From positions 1 to 34,703 of the forward strand of contig JBMFMV010000011.1 of NCBI GenBank assembly GCA_049970495.1: a stretch of 34,703 bases of DNA. Direction: 5' to 3'. The notes beneath the pieces were generated by a model that saw only the letters and a list, made by a program, of their open reading frames with translations, made no database searches and was not told where the DNA came from. Numbering within the stretch: the first letter of the stretch is position 1; every line of letters starts with the position of its first letter. The position numbers were made by a program, and so were the translations under genes. Below, piece by piece: positions 9,497 through 18,525 of the stretch. The stretch comes from a bacterium. GTDB lineage: Bacteria > DUMJ01.

Positions 9497-10761
9497 CTCC
9501 TAAAGAATTGTGGAAGAAACTCTCTATTCTCCTCTAAGATTCTTTCTAAAATGCCATCAGCTATCGCCTTTGCCCCTACTAGTGGATGAACTAAGAGTGC
9601 CTGCTTAGCTTTAACTGAATTCCCCTCTACAGCTGACTCTACTGTCAGCTGCTCGTAACTTTTTACAGTTTGGATCAAGCCTTTTATACATGGTTCTAAT
9701 CCGCCCATACTGATAGGCATAGCCCCATTAGCACCTATAACACAGGGGACCTCAACAACTGCATCATTAGGAAGGTCTCTAATTGAACCATTATTTAATA
9801 CATTTACTATCTGTATATCTTTTCTATCCAACCATATAGATTTCATAAGTTCAACCGCTGCATCTGAATAGTGAGCCCCTCCTCTTTGGCTTAATTCTTG
9901 AGGCTTTTCTTTTAGGGTTTCATCCTTATACTTTTCTAGAAGTTCTTCCTCTACTTCTAGTACGACTTCTCCCCTCGTCTTCCCTGAACTCTTCTGAGTT
10001 TCAAGGACCTCGTCTTTAAAATAGTAGTAGTGGAGATAACTGTTAGGTATCATATTTATTAACTCTACTATTTCTCTTTCCTTACTTGAAAGGCTAGTCT
10101 TTATACTCTCTATAACCCTATCAGTGACATCCTTACCCTTTGAGTATACCTTCCTCACCCAACTTAAATGATTTAAACCAACATAGTCTAAGAATATATC
10201 TTTTATCTCTACAGCTAAAATATTAGCAAACCTATAGAGTAGATTTATAGGCACATTACAGAGCCCTATAGTTTTTACTTTAGAGTATTTTAATAGCGCT
10301 TCAGTAACTATCCCCGAAGGATTGGTGAAATTTATAAGCCACGCACCATTAGTTAACCTTTCTATATCTCTTGCTATATCTAGCATAACTGGTATAGTCC
10401 TCAAGGCATTAGTAAAGCCACCAGCTCCAGTTGTTTCCTGTCCTATGATACCAAACTCTAAAGGTATCTTTTCATCTTTTATCCGTGATTTTACTCCACC
10501 AACCCTTATCTGAGTAATAACAAAGTCTGTTCCTTCTAAGGCAAACTTTCTATCCGTAGTAAGTTCTAACTTTATAGGAACACTTGAGCTCTCAATCATT
10601 CTTTTTACTAAACCACCCACTATGTTAAGTTTGACTTCATCAATGTCCATTAATCTTAATTCTCTTACTGGAAATACTTCTATATTTTTTATAACCCCCT
10701 CGATTAACTCTGGTGTGTAGGTACTCCCACCACCTATTACAGTAAGTATTAACCCTTCCAT
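9493..10761 (-). CDS. NAD/Mn-dependent 6-phospho-beta-glucosidase, glycoside hydrolase family 4
   Basis: IGGGSTYTPEL, QIRVGG, GQETTGAGG, INFTNPSG, GLCNVP, GLNHL, RGGAHYS. Confidence 0.93.
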   Translation of the reverse strand: MEGLILTVIGGGSTYTPELIEGVIKNIEVFPVRELRLMDIDEVKLNIVGGLVKRMIESSSVPIKLELTTDRKFALEGTDFVITQIRVGGVKSRIKDEKIPLEFGIIGQETTGAGGFTNALRTIPVMLDIARDIERLTNGAWLINFTNPSGIVTEALLKYSKVKTIGLCNVPINLLYRFANILAVEIKDIFLDYVGLNHLSWVRKVYSKGKDVTDRVIESIKTSLSSKEREIVELINMIPNSYLHYYYFKDEVLETQKSSGKTRGEVVLEVEEELLEKYKDETLKEKPQELSQRGGAHYSDAAVELMKSIWLDRKDIQIVNVLNNGSIRDLPNDAVVEVPCVIGANGAMPISMGGLEPCIKGLIQTVKSYEQLTVESAVEGNSVKAKQALLVHPLVGAKAIADGILERILEENREFLPQFFRS

Positions 10762-10772
10762 AAGTCCTCCTT

Positions 10773-12119
10773 TTATTCTTCAATATTAGGAATAACGATC
10801 CCTATGCGTTTTCCTATTCTACTTTCTCTACCTGCAGGGTCTATAGCCTTACAGGTGATTAGATTTCTAGAAGATGCCTTTACATTCTTTATATAGAAGA
10901 AACCATCAGCCTTAGAATAACATTCCCCTCTTATAGAGCCATTTACTATTACTTGAATCTTCACTCCCGGATCAGCTGTCCCTTCAATCTCTAATGTTCT
11001 AGCTTGAATATTTATCCTTACAGAGATAATAGCAGGAGGATTTACTGTCTCTTTGGGAGGTGTAGTTTCTAAAGGAGGTAGAATGATTCTAAACTCTCTT
11101 AAATTGGTAAGGGCAGTGTTGTTTAAACCTTTTACTACTGGGAGTTTCATCCAAACTTCGCTATCTCCAAATCTTCCTTCTACTGCATATCCAGGTCTTA
11201 TGAGTCCTCTAAAGAGCGGTAATGTCCCTTCCAAAAAATTTCCGTTTATTGGCGCAACTATCATCCACTGCATTGCAGTCCATACCCCTTTTAGTTCAGG
11301 GGTATTTGCATGTCTATTAGGAATAACCTGAAATCCTCCAGCTTCTTCTAAGGTAGCCTCAGAATACTCTCCTCCAAAGACCCCAGATGTAGAGATATCT
11401 ATAACTCCGGGATGATTTGCTCTTATTGAACTGGGATATGCAAATATTGTTCCGCCAAATCTTCCTGTCCCTTTAACCGCTCTAAGTACTTTAGCTACTA
11501 CTTCCCTTTCTGTTTCAGAATAGCAGATATAAACATTTCCGTCTACCTTATTTTCAAAAAGGATTTCTCTAGGCATTATAGTAGGTGCAGTGACTATTAT
11601 TATAATTCTATCCCCTATACTGGGAACATAATCATTTGGGATCTGCAAAAGTCTTTCTTCTTTCTCTAAGAATACTTTATTGCCTACAAAAGGAGACCAC
11701 TCTTTAAAGATTAAAGTTCCTCCTTCTATATTTGTTAATATTCTACTGTTGGGTTCAATAGAGGTATCTGTCCCTCTAGGGACAATGCTTATAGTTTTAC
11801 CAGATTTCTCAGAGGTATTTATAGGGTCTGCATTACTCTTACCTACTGTTATATGTATGGCATTTACCGCAGTAGCAGATACAACACCACTTTCTATATA
11901 ACCGCTAGCCCTAAACGCATCTGAATTATAAGACAGCGCAGGTCTTTCAACTTTTCCAAGTAATATCCAACTACTTCCCCTATCTAGGCTTACTTCGATT
12001 TGTCCAGAATATGTGTTGATCACTCGTAACCGAAATATCTCTACCTCTTCATTTGCATAAACATTTATACTAAAAGAGAGAATGACCAGAGCTAACAGAA
12101 AAAAGATTATATACTTCAA
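10773..12119 (-). CDS. Secreted hypothetical protein: two internally duplicated beta-rich domains, Pro/Thr linker, C-terminal Ig-like domain
   Basis: Signal peptide MKYIIFFLLALVILSFSINVYA; AGGAGG RBS; 448-aa ORF; C-terminal IEGTADPGVKIQVIVNG..ADGFF resembles a bacterial Ig-like domain. Confidence 0.75.
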   Translation of the reverse strand: MKYIIFFLLALVILSFSINVYANEEVEIFRLRVINTYSGQIEVSLDRGSSWILLGKVERPALSYNSDAFRASGYIESGVVSATAVNAIHITVGKSNADPINTSEKSGKTISIVPRGTDTSIEPNSRILTNIEGGTLIFKEWSPFVGNKVFLEKEERLLQIPNDYVPSIGDRIIIIVTAPTIMPREILFENKVDGNVYICYSETEREVVAKVLRAVKGTGRFGGTIFAYPSSIRANHPGVIDISTSGVFGGEYSEATLEEAGGFQVIPNRHANTPELKGVWTAMQWMIVAPINGNFLEGTLPLFRGLIRPGYAVEGRFGDSEVWMKLPVVKGLNNTALTNLREFRIILPPLETTPPKETVNPPAIISVRINIQARTLEIEGTADPGVKIQVIVNGSIRGECYSKADGFFYIKNVKASSRNLITCKAIDPAGRESRIGKRIGIVIPNIEE

Positions 12120-12197
12120 ATTTTTCTCCTCCTTTATTGTGTTGTATTATAATTATACTAAAATATCTAAAAATTTCAAAAGGAGGAGGGAGAAACA

Positions 12198-12713
12198 ATG
12201 GATGTTTATGAGGCTATTAGGACTAGAAGAAGTGTAAGAGCTTATCAAAATAAGCCGATTCCAGAGGATGCTCTAAATAGGATCTTAGAGTCTGCTAGAC
12301 TTGCTCCATCAGCAGGTAATAGACAGGACTGGAAATTTATAGTTGTTAGAGACCAAGAAACCATAAAAAAGATAGCAGAAGCGGCAAATAATCAGCAATT
12401 TATAGCTCAAGCTCCGGTTGTCATAGTAGCCGTAAGCCTTAACCCCGATAGGGTTATGAGTTGCGAAGTACCTGCATATGCAGTCGACTTGGCTATAGCA
12501 GTTGACCATATAACACTCTCTGCAACTGCAGAAGGGCTCGGAACTTGTTGGATAGGAGCATTCTCTCAAAGTAAGATGAAGGAGATCCTAGGGGTCCCGG
12601 ATAAGTATAAGATTGTAACTCTTACACCACTTGGCTATCCTGCAGACTCCCCAAGGCCAAAAGTTAGAAAATCTCTGGAAGAGATAGTCTGCTATGAGAA
12701 ATTTACAGAATAA
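12198..12713 (+). CDS. Nitroreductase family protein
   Basis: AIRTRRSVRAY, LAPSAGNRQDW, EGLGTCWIG, LGYP; AGGAGG RBS. Confidence 0.93.
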   Translation: MDVYEAIRTRRSVRAYQNKPIPEDALNRILESARLAPSAGNRQDWKFIVVRDQETIKKIAEAANNQQFIAQAPVVIVAVSLNPDRVMSCEVPAYAVDLAIAVDHITLSATAEGLGTCWIGAFSQSKMKEILGVPDKYKIVTLTPLGYPADSPRPKVRKSLEEIVCYEKFTE

Positions 12714-12735
12714 AAATGGGAGCCTCACGGCCCCC
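12712..12735 (-). terminator. Probable intrinsic terminator of the GH38-epimerase-dehydrogenase operon
   Basis: Minus strand reads GGGGGCC-GTGA-GGCTCCC-ATTTTT: a 7-bp stem (one G-U), GNRA loop and U tract, 43 nt after the dehydrogenase stop. Confidence 0.6.
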
Positions 12736-12778
12736 TATATCATATAGATTGATAGAGAATTCTTCAGGGGTCAAGCCT

Positions 12779-13825
12779 TTAGTCCCAAGGTTTCAGTATT
12801 ACCTTTAGTGCCTCTCTTGATTCTACTAGTCTTAATCCTTCATTAATTTCATCTAGGGGTAAGGTATGGGTTATAAGTTTTCCTACTGGAACCTGTCCAC
12901 TAGATATAAGTTTTAGCGCCATAGCGTTATCCTTTGGTGAAGAACCGTGACTCCCGTGAACAAATATCTCTTTATAGTGAATCCTATTTGTATTTATAGG
13001 TATCTCTTTTGTATCAGGTGGAAGACCTCCAAAAAAATTTACAATACCTAAATTCCTAGCCATATGTATAGCCTGAGTCTGAGCTTCTCCAGATGGAGAA
13101 GCAACTATAACAATATCTGCCCCAAGCCCATCTGTCTCTCTAAGAACTATCTCAACAGGGTCATTTTCTCTTGCATCTATCAGTACATCTATGTTAAAGT
13201 CTTTAGCCATTTTCAGTCTTTTCTCTGCTATCTCTGAGATAATAATCTTTGTTGCCCCTTTGGCTTTGGCTAACATTGCATGCATCAGTCCAATAGGACC
13301 AGCCCCTATAATAACCACTGTATCTCCTGCTTGAATATTAGATAAATTCTGCCCATTTACTACACAGGCTAAAGGTTCAGTTAGACATGCTTCATCAAAG
13401 GATAGATATTCTGGTATTCTTTGAACTATTCTAGCATCTATAGCAGCTCTAGGAATAGCCATGAATTGTGCAAATCCACCCTGAAGTTGATATCCGAATG
13501 AGGTAAGATTTAGGCAGTTATTTTGGTGTCCTCTCAAACAATAAAAACACTTCCCACAGGGAACATCAGCTCCAAGGACTACTCTCTCGCCTTCCTTAAA
13601 TTCGGTAGTCTTCTCTCCTACCTTGTAGACTACTCCTGCCACTTCATGCCCAATAATCTGGGGAGGCTTTACATTTACATGTCCTCTGTGAAAAATTCTT
13701 ACGTCAGAGCCGCAGATCGCAACACTTTCCACTTTTATTATAATACCATCCCTTGCCAAGTCTGGATCGGGATAATCTTCTCTTATTATCATATTCTCTA
13801 GAGATTCAAATACCGCCGCCTTCAT
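12779..13825 (-). CDS. Zn-dependent polyol/sugar dehydrogenase (MDR family, iditol dehydrogenase-like)
   Basis: ICGSD, GHE, CGKCFYC..HQNNC structural Zn site, EPLAC, GAGPIG. Confidence 0.88.
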   Translation of the reverse strand: MKAAVFESLENMIIREDYPDPDLARDGIIIKVESVAICGSDVRIFHRGHVNVKPPQIIGHEVAGVVYKVGEKTTEFKEGERVVLGADVPCGKCFYCLRGHQNNCLNLTSFGYQLQGGFAQFMAIPRAAIDARIVQRIPEYLSFDEACLTEPLACVVNGQNLSNIQAGDTVVIIGAGPIGLMHAMLAKAKGATKIIISEIAEKRLKMAKDFNIDVLIDARENDPVEIVLRETDGLGADIVIVASPSGEAQTQAIHMARNLGIVNFFGGLPPDTKEIPINTNRIHYKEIFVHGSHGSSPKDNAMALKLISSGQVPVGKLITHTLPLDEINEGLRLVESREALKVILKPWD

Positions 13826-14510
13826 TGAATCTTCTCCTTTCCTCTGTAATTTGCTCTAGTACTTCCTTTAGTTTCTTTAGATTTTCTTCTATAGTTCCGT
13901 AGTTCATAAATATACCTGAGGTTCCTCCCACAAAGATTTCAGCTCCAGCAGACCTTAACCGTTTACCTGTATCTATGCTAATTGCACCATCTACTTCAAT
14001 TCTAACTAGAGGATTTTCTCTGTCTATCAGTCTCTTAAGTCTTTCTACCTTTCTTACACTCTGTTCTATAAAATTCTGGCCAGAAAATCCGGGCTCAACA
14101 GTCATTACAAGAACCTCATCTATTTCAGGTAGTAAGTAATCAAGTTCATCGGGAAGAGTAGAGGGGTTTATTGCTACTGAAGTTATCTTCCCTAGGTTCT
14201 TTATACTTCTGGCTAGTCTTATTGGAGCTCTAGTTGCCTCTAAGTGAAATATAATTATGTCTGCAGATATAAACCTGTCTATATATCTTTCAGGTGACTC
14301 AATCATAAGATGTGCTTCGAATGGAAGTTTAGATACAGGCCTTAGAGCATTTAATATATCTTGTCCAAATGTAATATTCGGGACAAAATGTCCATCCATA
14401 ATATCAAAGTGAAATCTATCTGCTCCAGCAGATTCTAACCTTCTAATATCTTCTTCTAGATTTCTAAGATTCATACACATTACTGAAGGACTTATCTCTA
14501 CTCTTCCCAT
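13806..14510 (-). CDS. Ketose-phosphate 3-epimerase (Rpe family, with D-allulose-6-phosphate 3-epimerase/AlsE-like signatures)
   Basis: HFDIMDGHFVPN, HLM, MTVEPGFSGQ, IEVDG; ISPSVMCM and GTSGIF resemble AlsE more than Rpe. Confidence 0.85.
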   Translation of the reverse strand: MGRVEISPSVMCMNLRNLEEDIRRLESAGADRFHFDIMDGHFVPNITFGQDILNALRPVSKLPFEAHLMIESPERYIDRFISADIIIFHLEATRAPIRLARSIKNLGKITSVAINPSTLPDELDYLLPEIDEVLVMTVEPGFSGQNFIEQSVRKVERLKRLIDRENPLVRIEVDGAISIDTGKRLRSAGAEIFVGGTSGIFMNYGTIEENLKKLKEVLEQITEERRRFNEGGGI

Positions 14511-14546
14511 AATCTGTATTCCTATTAAGCCCTAGATAGTTATTTC

Positions 14547-17270
14547 TTATCCCTTTATTCTTATAGTCTTTATCTCATATGGCTTAAGATCTAGGGTAAT
14601 ACTCTTTCCTGTTATTTGTTTTTCTTCCCCTATTGGTTGCTCTATTAAGTCTGTTTCTACATAAGAACTGCAAGGTATATTCAATGTTATCCTCGCTGTT
14701 ATTTCTTTTCCATCAGTTTCATAAACTCTTAGGATTATATCATCATTATCTTCAGCCTTCTTCATTATCGATACTATTGCATTCTCCGGCTCTACGGTTA
14801 TTATCTCCATCGTTCTATCAAATTTTCCCCTATGCACATCTGTAACATATGGTATAAGTGGATAATTAAATTCGTTCCCTAACCTTATAAGTCTTGATGG
14901 ATTTAGTTCTCCTATGTGTGGATAGAGGGAGAATGTAAATTCATACTTACCTCTTTCAGGTAGGGGATCAGGCTCATAAGAGCTTCTTAGTAATGTCATC
15001 CTAATCCTGTCCTCTGTTACATCAAATCCATACTTAACTGAGCTCAAAACAGTGATACCTAATTTGTTTCCATTTTCCTCTACTCCTGTTAGATCTACCC
15101 ACTTCTGAGAAGGGACCTCATTACCATCTGGCTTTCTTTCTATACTTCCAAATGGAATATCAAATCTAGCCTTACCACAAGTTATATTAACAGGGAAAGC
15201 TACCTTTAACATGGGAACTCCTACTTCGTTGTTTCCTCTTTCTAACCAGAATATCTCAAGCCTAAAGTCTATCCTTGGGACATCATTATTAAGTATTACA
15301 TCAAGGACAAACTCGGAATCATTATACTTTCTCTTACTCCTGACTACCGCTCTTGATGGTCCAGTCTCTACAATTTCTACTGTAGCATCCTTATCTAAGT
15401 CTACAGTCCTTATTATCTGTCCAATCTCCCATGCACTCATAGGATGAGGAGTTTCATAAAGTATCTGTAATAGTCCTGCTTTGCCATCTTTAGGTAAAAT
15501 TTCTTTACCTGTAGCTTTATCTATTATACTAGTTATTGCACCTATCCCTGCATCTATAGTAAGTTTGTAGAATTGATTCTCTAATGTGTATCTATTGCTA
15601 GCCCTTACTCTACTCTCCGTTACCTGACCTGTATACATATCTTCTACCTTTACTTGAGAAGTGACTTCCTCCCCTTCCGAATACTTGAGATAGTAAGTCT
15701 TATAGCCATATCCTGGGACATTTTCGGCAGTAAACGTTGTCCTAAGCGCTTTCTGGAAGAATGAGTACTCTTTATACTGAACAGGTAAGACCTTCTTATT
15801 CTCATCTATCAAGACCAAGTTATCTTTTACATCAAATACATCATAGATATCTACTGTAACTGTATCTGTCCTCTTCCAAGGTAAAGGGTTAAATACTACT
15901 ATCGGGACTGCTCTCACGCTGCTATCTATCTCTGTATCTATGTCTCCTACTATAGCCTTCAGAGATAACTCTTTTACCATATTTCCACTTGCCTTTGCAT
16001 TCTGATATAATCCTTGTGCATACTTGTATGTTTCGGGAATTCCCGAACCAGGTAATATATCGTGGAACTGATTAAATAGAGTATTTATCCATGCTTCATC
16101 CATCAATTCCTTTGGTGGCATCTTACCAGTCAGTTTCTTTGATAGTACACTCAAGACCTCCGCAGAGGTTAATAGATTTTCTGCCTTTCTATTTGCCTCC
16201 TTTATATTGCTCTGTGATGTGTAGCATCCTCTAAAGACAAAGTTTAATTCATCATTAACTATAGGAAACCTATCTCCATACTTCTCTGCTATAGAGAAAA
16301 ATTCATCTGTAGTGCTACACTTTACCTTAGGGAATATAGGCCAGTTTTTCATCTCTTGGATAAGCTGAAGGTCTTTCCTAGTTGGTCCTCCTCCATGGTC
16401 CCCCACTCCATAGACTATAAGATAATCTTTCATGCCTGTCTTTTCGTAGAGCTCTACTGCTTCCACTACATCTTCCGGCTTTACAGGTCCTAGATACCAT
16501 AGTTTAGAATCATCCCATGCTAGAACTTTTGAGCCATCAGGCGCAGACCACCAGAATATTCTAGGTCCCTTTCCCGCCCTGCAGAAGTAGTATCTGGTTA
16601 TCCCTGCTTTCCGTAGGATTTGGGGATGCATCCAATGGTGTCCAAAGGTATCTGGTTCCCAGTCAATCTTTACTTTATCATAAGAGAAACCAAACTTTTC
16701 TTTGAAATATCTCTTGGTATATAGTATATGTCTTACTAATGATTCTCCACTTGCAAGATTTTTATCCCCTTCTACCCAGAAATTGGCAGTTACTTCCCAC
16801 TGACCATCCCTTACCTTTTTCTTTATCATCTCAAATGTCTCTGGACTATACTTTTCCATAGCAGAATATACAGAGGTTTGGCTCTGAGAGAACTTAAAAT
16901 CTAGAAACTCATCCATGAGTTTCATAGCAGTAGTAAATGTCTTATAAGAGGTATCCACAGTTTCTGGCCAGTCCCATAGCCAGTTCATATCTATGTGGGC
17001 ATGACCAACATAATGAATAGTAAATGTCTTTGCTACCTCTCCTATAGGTTCAAGGATTTTTTCTGCAGATTCTATAAGCTCTTTTGTGTCTTTCTTGCCT
17101 AGATTGTTAGAGACAAGATTTATCGCTTCCTCTATAAGTCTTTCCCACTCTTTTTTTCTCTCAGGGAATGCCTTTGCAAGCCTTAAGGCAAAGTTAACTT
17201 CGTATTTAAATCTTTTTACTTCCCATTCTACCCCTTTTAAAGCCTCTTCTAACTTCTCAGAAATTTTCAC
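14547..17270 (-). CDS. Second GH38 alpha-mannosidase-family hydrolase (GDHGGG subtype)
   Basis: GHAHIDMNWLW, WEPDTFGH, GVGDHGGGP, FRGCYTSQ, NQFHDILPGS, TLLRSS; GTG start with AAGGAGG RBS. Confidence 0.93.
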   Translation of the reverse strand: MKISEKLEEALKGVEWEVKRFKYEVNFALRLAKAFPERKKEWERLIEEAINLVSNNLGKKDTKELIESAEKILEPIGEVAKTFTIHYVGHAHIDMNWLWDWPETVDTSYKTFTTAMKLMDEFLDFKFSQSQTSVYSAMEKYSPETFEMIKKKVRDGQWEVTANFWVEGDKNLASGESLVRHILYTKRYFKEKFGFSYDKVKIDWEPDTFGHHWMHPQILRKAGITRYYFCRAGKGPRIFWWSAPDGSKVLAWDDSKLWYLGPVKPEDVVEAVELYEKTGMKDYLIVYGVGDHGGGPTRKDLQLIQEMKNWPIFPKVKCSTTDEFFSIAEKYGDRFPIVNDELNFVFRGCYTSQSNIKEANRKAENLLTSAEVLSVLSKKLTGKMPPKELMDEAWINTLFNQFHDILPGSGIPETYKYAQGLYQNAKASGNMVKELSLKAIVGDIDTEIDSSVRAVPIVVFNPLPWKRTDTVTVDIYDVFDVKDNLVLIDENKKVLPVQYKEYSFFQKALRTTFTAENVPGYGYKTYYLKYSEGEEVTSQVKVEDMYTGQVTESRVRASNRYTLENQFYKLTIDAGIGAITSIIDKATGKEILPKDGKAGLLQILYETPHPMSAWEIGQIIRTVDLDKDATVEIVETGPSRAVVRSKRKYNDSEFVLDVILNNDVPRIDFRLEIFWLERGNNEVGVPMLKVAFPVNITCGKARFDIPFGSIERKPDGNEVPSQKWVDLTGVEENGNKLGITVLSSVKYGFDVTEDRIRMTLLRSSYEPDPLPERGKYEFTFSLYPHIGELNPSRLIRLGNEFNYPLIPYVTDVHRGKFDRTMEIITVEPENAIVSIMKKAEDNDDIILRVYETDGKEITARITLNIPCSSYVETDLIEQPIGEEKQITGKSITLDLKPYEIKTIRIKG

Positions 17271-17342
17271 AGTTAACCGATCCTCCTTTCGGTTATTTTA
17301 TTAGATTTAATTCCTTAGATATTAGCATATTCTAAAGAGATT

Positions 17343-17351
17343 TGGTATAAT
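17343..17351 (+). promoter_or_regulatory. Putative extended -10 promoter of the MFS gene
   Basis: TGGTATAAT (TGnTATAAT) about 35 nt upstream of ATG 17387; AAGGAGG RBS follows. Confidence 0.55.
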
Positions 17352-17386
17352 ATTCCAAAATATTACTCAGATAAGGAGGATACATC

Positions 17387-18523
17387 ATGTTTAATGTTAT
17401 AATACTTGGCATTGTTAGTTTTCTTACAGATATAAGTACTGAGATGGTCTATCCTCTTATTCCTCTCTATCTAACTACTAAGCTTGGCGCAAGTCCAGCC
17501 ATAGTGGGTTTGATTGAAGGGGTGGCGGAGAGTACAGCAGCTCTATTAAGGGTATTTTCTGGTTATATCTCTGATCTTATAGGGAGGAGAAAACCACTAG
17601 CAATCTTAGGTTATGGTTCATCTACTTTAGGGAAAGTATTTCTCTATCTATCGCATTCTTGGGGGCTTGTCTTTATTGGTAGGTGGATTGATAGGTTTGG
17701 TAAAGGAATAAGAACTGCTCCAAGAGATGCCTTGATAGCAGATTCTACTGATTCAAATAGAAGGGGTAGGGCTTTTGGACTCCATAGAACAATGGATACT
17801 TTTGGAGCAGTCATAGGAATACTCCTAGCATACTACTTTTTCACAAGATTTTCAGGTGATTACTCTAAGGTATTTCTATATTCTCTTATCCCTGCTTTTT
17901 TAGGTGTCTTTGTCTTATTCTTTGCAAGAGAGTCAAAGAGAATAACCAAGCAATCATCTACCTCTAAGCCTACTCTAAAATGGTCATTACTTGATAAAAG
18001 GCTCAAAGGGTTCCTTATCGTGACTCTTATATTTACTTTAGGAAATTCATCTAACCAATTCTTACTACTTAGGGCTAAGAATCTTGGTTTTAACGATGCG
18101 ACAGTCCTTTTATTGTACCTAACTTATAACCTTGTATATATGATCTTTGCCTATCCAGCAGGTAGGATCTCAGATAAGATAGGGAGAAAGAAACTAATAG
18201 TAATAGGATATTTATTCTATGGATTAGTCTATCTTGGTTTTGCCATGGTAAAATCTAGTTCCTATCTTTGGACTTTATTTGGTCTCTATGGGATATATAT
18301 AGGGCTTACCGAAGGGGTTCAGAAGGCTCTTATATCAGATATAGCACCCATAGAGACAAGAGCTACACTTATTGGACTTCATGCAACATTAGAAGGCATA
18401 GGACTACTGCCAGCATCATTTGTAGCTGGACTTCTTTGGAATAAAATCTCTGCAAGCGCCCCATTCTACTTTGGAGGATTAATGGGCATTGTATCAGCTC
18501 TAGGAATGCTACTGGTCCTATAG
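17387..18523 (+). CDS. MFS transporter
   Basis: GYISDLIGRRK and GRISDKIGRKK (motif A twice), DRFGKGIRTAPRDALI; 12-TM pattern. Confidence 0.92.
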   Translation: MFNVIILGIVSFLTDISTEMVYPLIPLYLTTKLGASPAIVGLIEGVAESTAALLRVFSGYISDLIGRRKPLAILGYGSSTLGKVFLYLSHSWGLVFIGRWIDRFGKGIRTAPRDALIADSTDSNRRGRAFGLHRTMDTFGAVIGILLAYYFFTRFSGDYSKVFLYSLIPAFLGVFVLFFARESKRITKQSSTSKPTLKWSLLDKRLKGFLIVTLIFTLGNSSNQFLLLRAKNLGFNDATVLLLYLTYNLVYMIFAYPAGRISDKIGRKKLIVIGYLFYGLVYLGFAMVKSSSYLWTLFGLYGIYIGLTEGVQKALISDIAPIETRATLIGLHATLEGIGLLPASFVAGLLWNKISASAPFYFGGLMGIVSALGMLLVL

Positions 18524-18525
18524 AG

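Noticed and set aside
12140..12165. Specific promoter or operator call in the divergent spacer before the nitroreductase
   Set aside because: Several overlapping TATAAT hexamers occur on both strands in AT-rich sequence, so none can be assigned confidently.
12740..12775. Minus-strand TTGACC...TATGAT antisense promoter into the nitroreductase
   Set aside because: The spacer is 24 nt, too long for sigma70.
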